A DNA stretch of 64,000 nt from an uncultured Gammaproteobacteria bacterium. GTDB lineage: Bacteria; Pseudomonadota; Gammaproteobacteria; JAURND01. The notes under the pieces were generated by a model. The model saw nothing but the letters and a program-made list of their open reading frames with translations, was not told the origin of the DNA and did no database searches. A program made the translations under genes and the position numbers. Positions 30,704-41,196 of this stretch are shown piece after piece (positions within the stretch are counted from its first letter, which is position 1; the number at the start of each line of letters is the position of its first letter). Where the stretch lies: the NCBI GenBank assembly GCA_963714975.1, contig CAVQQD010000003.1, positions 448,001 to 512,000 of the forward strand, read 5' to 3'.

Positions 30704-32768
30704 ATGAATTTAAATATTTGTTTAGCCCTTGCTCAGTTAAGATATTTTGTGCTTGTTGCCAAGAAATATTTTTCTGCTGCTTAAGAGATTCTAAAATTCG
30801 CACTATGGATAGACCTACAGGAGAGAAAGAAAAACCTGTATTAGTTTTTTGTTCATAATCTATGGCATCGAATAACACAGCATTTGCGTCTGCAAAACTG
30901 ATGGGGGCTATTTTCCCATAGTTCTTTATCCAAAAAAAATTCGTGAGGCTAGTATTCACATGGAGCTGAATAAGATAAGTTGCTCGCCCAATTAATTTTA
31001 AATTGCTGGGCCTGACATCCGTCATCGTATTACCCACTACTCGACCGAGTTTTGCCATCACTGCAGTGGAATGAGCATTAAGTAACATTTTAAGACCAAT
31101 GATTTGATTGAGTCCAAACGCGTCCGCTTGTGGAATCAATACCTGCAAGAAAGCTGTTTTGGTTTTAAGATACTTAAACGCATCAATTTGCGCGGTAGGC
31201 AAAGATTTTGGCGCAACTGAAATTAGCGCTAAATTTGCTTTGGCTTTGAGGAATAACTGTAACCACTCGTTATAACGTGTTGGAAGAGGTTCATTTGATA
31301 ATAAAATTATCACTCCTAAATCACCGACTGTAGGTCCATTTTGTTGCTGGTTATTTGAGGAAAAAGATAAATCATATAAATTTTGTTGTTCTTCCCCGGC
31401 ATTGCTTAGGCTTCTTAGAGCAGCTTGTTTTAAATAGGGATCTTCGATTTGATTAAATGACTCATGATAAAATTCTGCTTTCAACCCGTGAAAGGGACGC
31501 CCTAAGAGCATTTGCCATGCTTCTGCTGTGGTGGTAATGGGAGACCACACTTGAATCCAGGATAACTTTTCTTTGGCATTGGCTGGGTCTAAAGGTTTTA
31601 AATTAAAGGTAGGTGCCCGTTCAGTCACATCGACAAAAACTGGTAACAGTGCTTGTTGTGCTAAATAAATAGAGCGATTATGCTGCGCATACGTTTCAGC
31701 CTCCAGTTCTGTCCATGGTGCTATTTGTGCAGCCGAATTGTAAATATGTTGTTGAATAACAGCAAAATCTAATAATCGCTGTTTGATAGTCTTGGATTCA
31801 TCAAAACCTAACCGTTTGAGTTGCGTTAGTGAAAGATAATGTTGCAGGATGTGGTGAATAGCATCTTCTAAAATAATACCACTAACGTATAGGCTTGTAG
31901 TGGTAGCCTGCATCCGTGTTGAACCACTGATCGCTTGCGGACCCGTAGTGAGATTAATTTTTTTAATTAGAGGGTTATCAAGGACTGCTCTGCTTCTATC
32001 TAAAGGGCGCAAAAGTTTGTCAGGATTATTATATACGAAGTATAAATTTTGCGTGGATTGATTCATATAAGGTTGAGCAGCTGCTAAAACAGTGCCTATA
32101 ACCGCTGAGGTTTCTCCACCTTCAGTCACTGCAAAGACGACGTCATGTTTTTCAATTTTATTATCTGCTAATTGTAATTTGCCAATTACTTGTAAATCTT
32201 CAAAGCCTTCTAGAGAACTAATTAAGGCGCGGTCTCCGCCAGTTATCTCACCTTTTAGACGATTTTGAAGATCAGGCAGATGAGTTTTAAGTTTTTCCCA
32301 TTCTGGAGTTTGTGCCAGCTTTTTCCAAAAAGGGTGCCATAATGAACTTTCCACGGCCTCAGCTAACCGACCCGTAGAGCCAGTACCATAAAAGTATATT
32401 TTATGGCCATTTAGCAGGGCGGTTTGAATAGCTGAAGAAGCATCTTCCAGGATTTTTAATTGTTTTGGATCCGTGGCTATTTCATTAAATTTACGAGTAA
32501 TATCTTCATCTACTGCCAATAATGATTGCAGACCTACTAGGGTGTTTTGCGAAATTTGATAACTTAGCTGCATCGTTTTAGGATGACTTTGCTCAGTTAA
32601 TAACGGATATAGGTGGAATTGTTTTTTATTACTAATGTAATCTAGAGCTTGTTCTGATGGAGTGATCTCCAGCTGACTTAGCAGTGTAGAGTTTGCATAA
32701 GCATGCGGAGCAACAATTAAGAATAACCAGAAAATAAGTTTTGCTGAGAACTGATGCAGTGGAAGCAT
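30687..32768 (-). CDS. SIS-domain protein (GckR/MurQ-like) with predicted signal peptide
   Basis: LTEQSHP, GTGSTGRL, EGFED, GPQAISGSTRMQA, KMLLNAHST, NLKLIGRA. Confidence 0.8.
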   Translation of the reverse strand: MLPLHQFSAKLIFWLFLIVAPHAYANSTLLSQLEITPSEQALDYISNKKQFHLYPLLTEQSHPKTMQLSYQISQNTLVGLQSLLAVDEDITRKFNEIATDPKQLKILEDASSAIQTALLNGHKIYFYGTGSTGRLAEAVESSLWHPFWKKLAQTPEWEKLKTHLPDLQNRLKGEITGGDRALISSLEGFEDLQVIGKLQLADNKIEKHDVVFAVTEGGETSAVIGTVLAAAQPYMNQSTQNLYFVYNNPDKLLRPLDRSRAVLDNPLIKKINLTTGPQAISGSTRMQATTTSLYVSGIILEDAIHHILQHYLSLTQLKRLGFDESKTIKQRLLDFAVIQQHIYNSAAQIAPWTELEAETYAQHNRSIYLAQQALLPVFVDVTERAPTFNLKPLDPANAKEKLSWIQVWSPITTTAEAWQMLLGRPFHGLKAEFYHESFNQIEDPYLKQAALRSLSNAGEEQQNLYDLSFSSNNQQQNGPTVGDLGVIILLSNEPLPTRYNEWLQLFLKAKANLALISVAPKSLPTAQIDAFKYLKTKTAFLQVLIPQADAFGLNQIIGLKMLLNAHSTAVMAKLGRVVGNTMTDVRPSNLKLIGRATYLIQLHVNTSLTNFFWIKNYGKIAPISFADANAVLFDAIDYEQKTNTGFSFSPVGLSIVRILESLKQQKNISWQQAQNILTEQGLNKYLNSFSGNQ

Positions 32769-32853
32769 AAAATGCTCCTTCTATTTTTTAATAACTCTTG
32801 AGTGTACTCAACGCAAAGGTGTCATGCTATCACATGACACCGGCAGGGTTAAG

Positions 32854-34260
32854 TTAATTCTGACCTTTCAATTGTTCCTCTAATTCCTCTAAAGTAATTC
32901 CCTTGGTTTCTGGCAAGAATTTGGCAACAAAGATGATTGCCAAAATGCAGAAGACGCAGAATAAATAAAATAACGAAGATCTTCCAAAATGTTCCATAAA
33001 TGTCAGCGCATAAGCCATCACAATTCCAGCAAAAGTCCAATTAACCATGGTAGTAATCGTCATGCCCACTTCACGACCTTTTAGAGGGAATATTTCCGAA
33101 CAAACTAACCAAGCAATTGGTCCCCAAGAAAAGGCAAACCCGAAAATATATACAATTACAGCGATTAGCAGTGCTGCCTTAGGTATTGGGCCGACCATTG
33201 CAGGGTCAGTAGGGTTACCAATATACTGGAAGGTTAACCCTGCGGTTAACATACTGATCAACATAATGACTGCGCCCGCATACAATAATTTCTTACGACC
33301 CCATTTTTCTACTAAAAGTATCGCTGGAAAGGTGAACAACATGTTGACTGTAGGTACCGTCAGCATCGCGATTAGGCCTTTCATGCCTGCATAACCAAAA
33401 ATAGTGGGTGAGTAATAAATCATCACATTGATACCCACGAGTTGTTGGAACATTTGCAGCACAACACCAATGAGTAAGATTTTTATAAAATGGCGTTTAA
33501 ATAAGCCTCGAATGGCATGACCCTTGCTCTCGGTCAGCACTTGCTCAATTTCGCTAATTTCAGTATCTATTTCTTGTTGAGTATTAAAAGTACGCCGTAA
33601 AACTCTGTATGCTTGCTCTTTTTTGCCTTTGAGCATCAACCAGCGGGGACTTTCTGGCAAAACTAAGCTGCCTACCAGCATGAAGATAGCAAAGACTGCA
33701 ATCACGCAAAACATCAAAGGTAAGGCAATTGTCGGAGTAACGAATACCCGAGCAATATACACATTCGTTGCGGCAATCAGGAAAATGCCGATTGTAATCA
33801 TTAATTGAAACAGGGTCCCCATCGCTCCGCGAATCTTGGCGGGTGCTGTTTCTGATAAATAAAGTGGGGTAATAAACGAAGCAATGCCCACCCCAAAACC
33901 AAGCAGGAAACGGCAAGCGCTTAATAAAAACAGCGAGGGTAGCGATGCTGAGGCTATTGAAGCAGCGCTAAAAATAAATCCCGCCAAAACCAAACTTTTT
34001 TTACGACCGAGAAAGCGGGCAAATAATCCTGAGAGCAGGGCTCCGATGACTCCGCCGGTGGCGAGAATTGCTGAATAGTTTTCAGCTCCCTGAGTATTTA
34101 AGTGATAAACGGATTTGATAGTATCAAGTGAGTTGGCAATGAAGCCTTGATCCAGACCAAAGAGTAAGCCTCCTAAAGCCCCAACCAAGCAAATAAAATA
34201 GACAATAGATTTATAACCACCGACCTGCTTATTACTATAGATTTCTCCGTTCATAAACAA
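32854..34260 (-). CDS. Sugar porter family MFS transporter
   Basis: PLYLSE, PESPRWL, QQLVGINVMIYY, PETKG. Confidence 0.95.
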   Translation of the reverse strand: MFMNGEIYSNKQVGGYKSIVYFICLVGALGGLLFGLDQGFIANSLDTIKSVYHLNTQGAENYSAILATGGVIGALLSGLFARFLGRKKSLVLAGFIFSAASIASASLPSLFLLSACRFLLGFGVGIASFITPLYLSETAPAKIRGAMGTLFQLMITIGIFLIAATNVYIARVFVTPTIALPLMFCVIAVFAIFMLVGSLVLPESPRWLMLKGKKEQAYRVLRRTFNTQQEIDTEISEIEQVLTESKGHAIRGLFKRHFIKILLIGVVLQMFQQLVGINVMIYYSPTIFGYAGMKGLIAMLTVPTVNMLFTFPAILLVEKWGRKKLLYAGAVIMLISMLTAGLTFQYIGNPTDPAMVGPIPKAALLIAVIVYIFGFAFSWGPIAWLVCSEIFPLKGREVGMTITTMVNWTFAGIVMAYALTFMEHFGRSSLFYLFCVFCILAIIFVAKFLPETKGITLEELEEQLKGQN

Positions 34261-34328
34261 TATCCCCTTAATGAATTATGGATTAATCGCGGCATTATGT
34301 CTGGTTTTTAAGTCTGAGTCTACTGCTA

Positions 34329-34964
34329 CTAGTTGGGGGTATACCATTGGCGGCAGAGATAGTTAAAGCTTTCTTGATCATTGGTTTTTTCATCTAGTTG
34401 CCTTGAGAAGTAACGCTGAGCAACGTAGCTAAGTGTGGCTACGAAAAGCAAGGGAGCGGCTATTTCTAGGGCAACATAATCTGCATCCCAGATTCCAGTT
34501 GCGATTGTTCTCTGGATTTTTATAGCCGTAAAAAAGCAAGCGCTAGTGGCACAAAGATAGCCAAGCCACCATGAAAAACTCTCCCTTCGGTCGTAAGAGT
34601 CTATTTTTCGGCGCTCATTTGCTGCTAGTGCTTGAAACTCGTTTTTTACTTCTGGGCTTTTGAGCTTATTTTGCCAGTTGGAATATGCAGTTGCTATGCC
34701 ATTTTCACTCAAATATTCACGTTTTTGCTGGTTGAAATAATAAGCCAAACTAAAGGCAATTATGGCAATAACCAAGGGAGCAACCGAGAAAAAAATGGAA
34801 AGCGAATCAGGGGGGCCGTACTCTAATCCGTATATGCAACAACTAACAGAAAAATAGACACAGGGCGCTAGAGCAGTTATCCCTACTAACTTTGCACGAA
34901 AGTTATAGTCCTCATAGCAGGTTGCCTGTTTTTTTTGTTCTAATCCTAGGGCCTGAGTTGCCAT
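34329..34964 (-). CDS. Hypothetical 4-TM membrane protein
   Basis: 211-aa ORF with two TM hairpins and GAGGAG RBS. Confidence 0.65.
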   Translation of the reverse strand: MATQALGLEQKKQATCYEDYNFRAKLVGITALAPCVYFSVSCCIYGLEYGPPDSLSIFFSVAPLVIAIIAFSLAYYFNQQKREYLSENGIATAYSNWQNKLKSPEVKNEFQALAANERRKIDSYDRRESFSWWLGYLCATSACFFTAIKIQRTIATGIWDADYVALEIAAPLLFVATLSYVAQRYFSRQLDEKTNDQESFNYLCRQWYTPN

Positions 34965-35041
34965 ATTTGTCTCCTCGTGTAAAGATGAAGCCCATTATAT
35001 TATTTTTTGACCCATTATGTGAAGTATTTTGTTCAAAATTT

Positions 35042-35707
35042 ATGACATCTTCTGCTCCTTTATATCCTATTCGTAGTTATGTACGCCGCCAGGGGCGGTT
35101 GACATTACGCCAAGAATTGGCGCTTACCCAGCATTCCTCGCGGTATGTTTTACCTGGGGTTGCTATTGATTCTTGGGAGACTGTATTTGGACGCCAGGCT
35201 ATGACCAGCCTTGAAATTGGCTTTGGTATGGGACAGGTATTGCTTGACTTAGCTCGTCGTTACCCAGAAAAAAATTTTATTGGTATTGATATCTATCCGC
35301 CAGGGGTAGGATCGGTGCTGGCTCAGCTGGCGGCAGAAGATATAAGCAATGTACGCTTGTTTTGTGCGGATGTGGTCAGGATTATTCCTTTATTGCCGGA
35401 TGCTTCCTTGCAAGAAATTCTGATCTTTTTTCCGGATCCTTGGCCGAAGCGGCGGCATCATAAGCGTCGTTTAATCCAGCGTAGCTTTGTTGAATTACTG
35501 CTGCCAAAATTACGAGAAAATGGCTGCATTCATCTGGCTACGGATTGGGAAGATTATGCTGTGCATATGGCCAAAATTTTTAGTCAAATTCCTGAGTTGA
35601 GCCAAATTACTGCTGATCCCGCGCTTCGTCCATTAACTAAGTATGAACAGCGGGGACAACGTTTAGGCCATGGGGTTTGGGATTTTGCTTTTGTAAAAAC
35701 GACCTAA
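35042..35707 (+). CDS. trmB: tRNA (guanine-N7)-methyltransferase
   Basis: LEIGFGMG, FPDPWPK, ATDWEDYA, TKYEQRG. Confidence 0.96.
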   Translation: MTSSAPLYPIRSYVRRQGRLTLRQELALTQHSSRYVLPGVAIDSWETVFGRQAMTSLEIGFGMGQVLLDLARRYPEKNFIGIDIYPPGVGSVLAQLAAEDISNVRLFCADVVRIIPLLPDASLQEILIFFPDPWPKRRHHKRRLIQRSFVELLLPKLRENGCIHLATDWEDYAVHMAKIFSQIPELSQITADPALRPLTKYEQRGQRLGHGVWDFAFVKTT

Positions 35708-35730
35708 GGTTTCCATTGGCAATGGAAACT
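35708..35730. terminator. Hairpin between convergent trmB and fic
   Basis: GTTTCCATTG-G-CAATGGAAAC. Confidence 0.45.
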
Positions 35731-35737
35731 TTGTGAA

Positions 35738-36859
35738 CTAAGCTCCTCTTGAGCGTATAAAGGTATAGCTAACACTTCTTCCTCCTGATTCACTTGGCAG
35801 CAAAATCTGGCGTGTAAGCAGGTCATTAATGTCTCTTAAAGCGGTATCTTGAGAACATTTAGCGAGTTTGGCCCATTTTGAAGAAGTAAGTTTGCCATAG
35901 AATGTTCCATCTAATAAGCGATTAAGGATGAAACGCTGTCTTTGGTTAAAGGATTCTCCGGCATGGATTCGCCAAAAATCCGCTTTACCTAGAATGGTTG
36001 TGAGAGTTTTTTCTGATGCTGCAATAGCACGTTGCAGGCAATTTAAATACCATTCGATCCATGCGCTAATGTTTAATGAGCCTTTTTGGCAATTTTCTAG
36101 GACACTGTAATAAGAGTCGCGTTCTCGTTGAATTTGGGCGGATAAACTATAAAATCTTTGTGTGCTTTTTTCGGAACGAGCCAGCGCCATATCGGCTATG
36201 GCACGCGCAATTCGACCATTGCCGTCATCAAAGGGATGGATCGTTACGAACCAAAAATGGGCTATGGCGGATTTTAGGACTAAATCCATTTCAGTCGCAT
36301 GATTATTAAACCATTGCAGAAATTTGGTCATTTCCTGATTTAATCGACTATAATCAGGGGCTTCAAAGTGGACTTTTTCATGTCCATGGGATCCGGATAC
36401 CACCCGCATGGGACCGCTAGATTGGTTACGCCAGTGGCCGACCGTAATCCGGTGTAAACCACTTCTGCCGGTGGGAAACAGGGCAGAATGCCAGCTAAAT
36501 AATCGATCTTTAGTCAGGGATGAAGGATAATTTTGTGTCGCATCAAGCAGTACTGCAACTATACCCTCTACATGCCGGTCTGCTTGGATAGTGCCTCCAA
36601 TATCCAGCCCTAATTTTTCTGCGATAGAAGAACGGACCTGTTTGGCATCAAGCTTTTCGCCTTCAATTTCGCTGGTTTTGATCACATCTTGAGTCAGGGT
36701 GTTTAATGTGGCTTCTTCTTGTAGTTGAAAACCCAGGGTATCCATTTGTCCTAATAAACGGCCTTGGTAATAGCGTACTTCTGCTAGGAGATCGACAAAT
36801 TTTGCTTGATCCCAGGTGAAATTAGGCCATTCTTTCTGCTCGTAAATATACATCGTCAT
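35738..36859 (-). CDS. Fic family protein (DUF4172 type)
   Basis: HPFDDGNGRIAR, TSEIEGE inhibitory motif, C-terminal HTH. Confidence 0.95.
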   Translation of the reverse strand: MTMYIYEQKEWPNFTWDQAKFVDLLAEVRYYQGRLLGQMDTLGFQLQEEATLNTLTQDVIKTSEIEGEKLDAKQVRSSIAEKLGLDIGGTIQADRHVEGIVAVLLDATQNYPSSLTKDRLFSWHSALFPTGRSGLHRITVGHWRNQSSGPMRVVSGSHGHEKVHFEAPDYSRLNQEMTKFLQWFNNHATEMDLVLKSAIAHFWFVTIHPFDDGNGRIARAIADMALARSEKSTQRFYSLSAQIQRERDSYYSVLENCQKGSLNISAWIEWYLNCLQRAIAASEKTLTTILGKADFWRIHAGESFNQRQRFILNRLLDGTFYGKLTSSKWAKLAKCSQDTALRDINDLLTRQILLPSESGGRSVSYTFIRSRGA

Positions 36860-36934
36860 GTAATAAGCCCCATGAACAAAGCTATGGGTAGTCCTAAATA
36901 ATATTCGCCGCATATTTTAAGGAGATTATAGGCT

Positions 36935-37837
36935 CTATTCGCCGCATAAGCCAGAGTCAGTGAGCAGCTGGATAATGGCAGAAAAATCCTTTTCTCCACC
37001 ACCTTGCTTGACAAATAAGGTATAAAGCGCGGTGGCTTCAGCTCCCAAGGGAGTCGTAGCCCCGACCTGTTGGGCGGCATTTTGGCTAAGTAGTAAATCT
37101 TTGAGCATCATTCTTGCCATAAATCCGGCCGCATAATCGTGATTGGCTGGGGCGGTGTCGACTAAGCCAGGCCAGGGAGGATTAACGGTGAGCGACCAAC
37201 ACTGGCCGGAGGAATTGGTGCTAATTTCATGCAGCTTTTTAGCATCCAAACCGAGTTTGTCAGCGAGGGCAAATGCTTCAGAAACAGCAATCATTGAAAT
37301 ACCCAGGATCATGTTGTTACAAATTTTGGCCGCTTGACCATTACCCTCAGGTCCAGCGTGGATGATTTTCGTGCCCATGGCTTCCAGAAGCGGTTTTGCC
37401 CGTTCGAAATGCTCTTCACTCCCTCCGACCATAAAAGTTAGGCTGGCCGCTTCTGCACCCTTCACCCCACCAGATACGGGGGAATCCACCATGGCCAAGC
37501 CCATGTCTTTGGCGTGTTGATGTAACCTCTGGCTGGTAGCAATATCGATCGAGGAACAATCGATAAATAAACAGCCGGATTTTGCCTGGGCAAATAGACC
37601 TGTTTCGCCCAGGCATAACTCACTGACCTGCGCCCCAGTTTGCACCATGGTAATAATGATATCCGCATCTTGGATGGCGTCGAGAGCGGATTCGGTAGGA
37701 ATGGCTCCGTGAGTAGTTAATTCGTGGACTGCTTGTGGGATTACATCATAAATTCGTACTTGATAACCTTTTTTCAGCAAATTGAGCACCATGGGTTTCC
37801 CCATGTGACCTAGTCCGATAAATCCAATGGTATGCAT
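36935..37837 (-). CDS. mmsB: 3-hydroxyisobutyrate dehydrogenase
   Basis: FIGLGHMG, DSPVSGG, KICNNMIL, SSGQCWSL. Confidence 0.95.
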   Translation of the reverse strand: MHTIGFIGLGHMGKPMVLNLLKKGYQVRIYDVIPQAVHELTTHGAIPTESALDAIQDADIIITMVQTGAQVSELCLGETGLFAQAKSGCLFIDCSSIDIATSQRLHQHAKDMGLAMVDSPVSGGVKGAEAASLTFMVGGSEEHFERAKPLLEAMGTKIIHAGPEGNGQAAKICNNMILGISMIAVSEAFALADKLGLDAKKLHEISTNSSGQCWSLTVNPPWPGLVDTAPANHDYAAGFMARMMLKDLLLSQNAAQQVGATTPLGAEATALYTLFVKQGGGEKDFSAIIQLLTDSGLCGE

Positions 37838-37858
37838 GCTTTGTTCCTTCTTTAAAAT

Positions 37859-37933
37859 CCTCTCTCCCACCCGAGCCCTTCGACAAGCTCAGGACAGGCT
37901 CGCGAGGGAAGGTGGGAGAGTAGGGTGAGGGGG
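37859..37933. repeat. Composite family B/C repeat
   Basis: CCTCTCTCCC..CCCTTCGACAAGCTCAGG..GGGAGAG..GGGTGAGGGG. Confidence 0.8.
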
Positions 37934-37943
37934 TATTACCTCA

Positions 37944-39443
37944 TTACCGTGTAGTAGGAATAGTAAATTCAGCCTGCAGCTTTTTCCCTGCAGGCCAGCG
38001 CTGGGTCACGGTTTTGATTTTAGTGTAAAAGCGCACGCCTTCGCTGCCGTACATGCCAATGTCTGCAAATACCGAGCGTTTCCATCCGCTAAAATTATGA
38101 TAAGCAAAGGGCACTGGAATTGGCACGTTAATTCCCACCATGCCAATTTGCACCCGGCTGGCAAATTCGCGCGCAAAATAACCGTCACGAGTAAAAATAG
38201 CCGCACCATTCCCATATTCGTGCTGACTGACTAAGGAAAGTGCAGTTTCAAAATCGGGAACGCGCACAATACCAAGGACGGGGCCAAAAATTTCTTCTTT
38301 GTAGATCCGCATTTCCGGTCTGACATGATCAAACAAACACCCGCCTAAATAAAAACCTTGAGTCAACTTAGGATGTTGAAAACCCCTACCATCCACCAGC
38401 AATTTTGCACCTTCTTGGACGCCTAAATCGATATACGCAAGAACACGCTCCCGATGCGCCTGCGTGACGAGTGGACCCATCTCCACATCTGGCGCCATAC
38501 CGTCGCCAATTTTCAGTGCTTGCACGCGAGGAAGTAGTTTTTCGACAACAGCAGCTGCTGTGGATTCGCCGACGACTACCACGACGGAGATCGCCATACA
38601 ACGTTCCCCCGCCGAGCCATAAGCAGCGCCGACAATAGCATCTGCAGCCTGATCTAAGTCTGCATCCGGTAGAATAACAGCATGATTTTTAGCTCCACCC
38701 ATGGCTTGTACTCGTTTGCCCTGAGCAGTCGCGGTCTTAAAAACATGCTCAGCCACTGCCGTAGAGCCTACAAAACTAATCGCTGTGACATCCTGATGGG
38801 TCAGTAAACCATCGACAACTTCTTTATCTCCATGCACGATATTAAGCACGCCGCTGGGTAAACCCGCTTCGTGAATTAATTCCGCAATCCGAATGGAGCA
38901 AGAGGGATCTTTTTCCGAGGGCTTCCAGATAAAAGTATTGCCACAAGCAATCGCCAGTGGGAACATCCACAACCCAATCATCGCTGGAAAATTAAAAGGA
39001 GTAATGCCCACGCAGACACCTAATGCTTGGCGCATCGAATAGCTGTCGACTCCCGTCCCGACTGATTCTGCAAATTCGCCTTTGAGGTATTGAGGAATTC
39101 CACAGGCAAACTCCACCACTTCAATGCCCCGTTGTACCGAGCCGCGGGCATCCGCAAAGGTTTTGCCATGTTCTTTAGTGACCAATTCCGCTAATTCATT
39201 GGTGTGCTGACGCAAGAGTTCATTGAATTTAAATAAGATATGCGTGCGCCGCGCCGGTGTAGTTGATGACCATGCAGTAAAAGCTTTTCGTGCTGCGCAG
39301 ACAGCATGATCAATCTCACTGGGACTGGCTACGGCAACACGTCCCGAAACCTCTCCCGTCGCTGGATTGTAGATCTCCAAGAAACGACCGGAATCAGCCA
39401 GTATCCGTTGATTATTAATGTAATGAGAAACCGTATAGACCAT
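37944..39443 (-). CDS. mmsA: CoA-acylating methylmalonate-semialdehyde dehydrogenase
   Basis: ITPFNFPAM, GAKNH, GERCMA, EEIFGPV. Confidence 0.96.
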   Translation of the reverse strand: MVYTVSHYINNQRILADSGRFLEIYNPATGEVSGRVAVASPSEIDHAVCAARKAFTAWSSTTPARRTHILFKFNELLRQHTNELAELVTKEHGKTFADARGSVQRGIEVVEFACGIPQYLKGEFAESVGTGVDSYSMRQALGVCVGITPFNFPAMIGLWMFPLAIACGNTFIWKPSEKDPSCSIRIAELIHEAGLPSGVLNIVHGDKEVVDGLLTHQDVTAISFVGSTAVAEHVFKTATAQGKRVQAMGGAKNHAVILPDADLDQAADAIVGAAYGSAGERCMAISVVVVVGESTAAAVVEKLLPRVQALKIGDGMAPDVEMGPLVTQAHRERVLAYIDLGVQEGAKLLVDGRGFQHPKLTQGFYLGGCLFDHVRPEMRIYKEEIFGPVLGIVRVPDFETALSLVSQHEYGNGAAIFTRDGYFAREFASRVQIGMVGINVPIPVPFAYHNFSGWKRSVFADIGMYGSEGVRFYTKIKTVTQRWPAGKKLQAEFTIPTTR

Positions 39444-39484
39444 GAATTGCAACTCCTGTAAAAAAATAGCTTCCACATTATTAT

Positions 39485-39571
39485 TCCTTCTCCTCTTGTG
39501 GGAGAAGGTGCCGTCCCTTCGACAGGCTCAGGGCAGGCTGGCGGATGAGGGGTAAGCTAAGTTTAGCACCC
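39485..39571. repeat. Composite family B/C repeat
   Basis: Nearly identical to 62810-62894. Confidence 0.85.
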
Positions 39572-39575
39572 AGGC

Positions 39576-39789
39576 TTAAATAATCTCCCCTGCCCACAAC
39601 ATTTGAAGAAAGTGCTCCCAGGGCAAACCTTCTATATTACCTTCAATTATTTTAGGTTCTTTTTCGAAAGAAACTAATAGACGACGCCTGATAGTGTTAG
39701 TTTCAGCAAGTGCGTTTAATCCCTTGCAATCGCTAGAGTATACGCGACTGGAAGATTTTATTTCTATAGCAACCTCCATGTCTCCCAAA
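39576..39789 (-). pseudogene. 3' fragment of a DUF4143 AAA ATPase gene
   Basis: LGDMEVAIEIKSS..WEHFLQMLWAGEII resembles the C-terminus of 15479-16624. Confidence 0.85.
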
Positions 39790-39831
39790 TTGACGTCCTC
39801 CCCGCCTAAAGGGCGAGGATTCCTACTGCGG

Positions 39832-41040
39832 TTACGCAACCTGTGCGCAACTCGCTTCGGTGGGTTCTTGCTTCCTCGAGCGACCTGACTGCGTCTTCTC
39901 TCCACAAGCTAGCAAGCGGTGCCCCCGCTCTAAAATATTGATCGCGCCAACCACATCGGCATGGTGGCTATAGCCACAACGCACGCACGCAAACTCAGCT
40001 TGCGTTTTGCGATTGTCTGCACAAACGTGCTGACAGGCAGGACAGGTTCGACTGGTATTTTTCGGATCCACCGCCAGAAAAATGCCACCGTTCCACTCAA
40101 GCTTATAAGCTAACTGGCGTCGAAATTCGCCCCAACCCTGATCCAGTATGGCGCGATTTAAACCTGCCTTTTGTCTGACCTGGCGACCGTGCTGCTCACA
40201 ATTGCCTTGGGCAGATTTCGACATGGCAGCTATCTGCAAATCCTCAACACAGACGAGCGCGTGGTTTTTGCTAATCGCGGTGCTGGTTTTGTGCAGAAAA
40301 TCTTGTCTGACCTGGGCAATCGTGTTGTGAGTCTTTTGAACCCGTCTTTGGGCTTTTATCCAATTACGACTAAATTTTTTCTTACGCTTCAGGCGACGTT
40401 GATAATGCGCAAGGCGTGCTTGATGTTTTTTGAAGCTATTCGCGGGTTCGACATAGGTCCCATCACTCATCGTAGCAAAACGTGCAATACCCATATCGAT
40501 ACCCACTGGGGTAGTAGCTGCTGGCAAGGATTGACTCTCTTCACGCTCGGTCTGCACTGATACAAACCACAAGCCATTGCATTGCTTAACGATGACGTTT
40601 TTAATTTCCCCTACTACAGCACGACTGTTGCGATAGCGTATCCATCCCAACTTTGGCAGAAAAATACGGTTATTATCTTGATCCAGCTTAAACCCTTGTG
40701 GAAAACGAAAACTATCTGATGAGTGAGCTTTTTTCTTGAATTTGGGGAAAGCAGCACGGTGGGCGAAGAAGTTTTTAAATGCGAGATCAAGGTCCTTGGT
40801 GACTTGTTGCAAGGTTTGGGAAGGCGATTGTTGCAGGTAGGGCATTTCTTTTTTCCATACTAACAACCAGTGATTCATACCAAAGCTATGGGTAAACGGT
40901 TTGTTTTCGGCATAGAGCTCTTGTTGACGCGCCAATGCTAAATTCCAAACCTTACGTGCATTACCCGCAAACTGACTCATCGCGCGTTTTTGCGCACCAT
41001 TCGGCTCAATACGGAATTTAAATGCTTTCTGGATTTTCAT
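39832..41040 (-). CDS. tnpB: RNA-guided endonuclease TnpB
   Basis: About 12 substitutions versus copy 1 (hand count); catalytic D-E-D intact. Confidence 0.96.
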   Translation of the reverse strand: MKIQKAFKFRIEPNGAQKRAMSQFAGNARKVWNLALARQQELYAENKPFTHSFGMNHWLLVWKKEMPYLQQSPSQTLQQVTKDLDLAFKNFFAHRAAFPKFKKKAHSSDSFRFPQGFKLDQDNNRIFLPKLGWIRYRNSRAVVGEIKNVIVKQCNGLWFVSVQTEREESQSLPAATTPVGIDMGIARFATMSDGTYVEPANSFKKHQARLAHYQRRLKRKKKFSRNWIKAQRRVQKTHNTIAQVRQDFLHKTSTAISKNHALVCVEDLQIAAMSKSAQGNCEQHGRQVRQKAGLNRAILDQGWGEFRRQLAYKLEWNGGIFLAVDPKNTSRTCPACQHVCADNRKTQAEFACVRCGYSHHADVVGAINILERGHRLLACGEKTQSGRSRKQEPTEASCAQVA

Positions 41041-41081
41041 GCGACTATTATATTCTGGTCTATGCCAAACTCAATACAGTA

Positions 41082-41143
41082 AAGAGCGAATCCAAAACGG
41101 GTAGACACTACAGTACATTGAGCAGCAACCAAAACCCAAATAA
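41082..41143 (+). pseudogene. tnpA: Internally deleted tnpA remnant
   Basis: SESKTGRH (Y1 transposase N-terminus-like) joined to QYIEQQPKPK* (C-terminus-like). Confidence 0.7.
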
Positions 41144-41196
41144 TCGAAGGAGTGCCTTACATCCACCATGAATGACGGGGTCTTACGGCACGATGG

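Larger units (their letters stand above)
39790..41196 (-). mobile_element. IS605-family element copy 2, both ends present, non-autonomous
   Basis: Right end TCAA plus hairpin; left-end hairpin 41152-41191; inserted after TTAT. Confidence 0.9.

Noticed and set aside
39576-39905. 109-aa ORF as an intact gene
   Set aside because: Chimera of the IS right end and the ATPase 3' fragment
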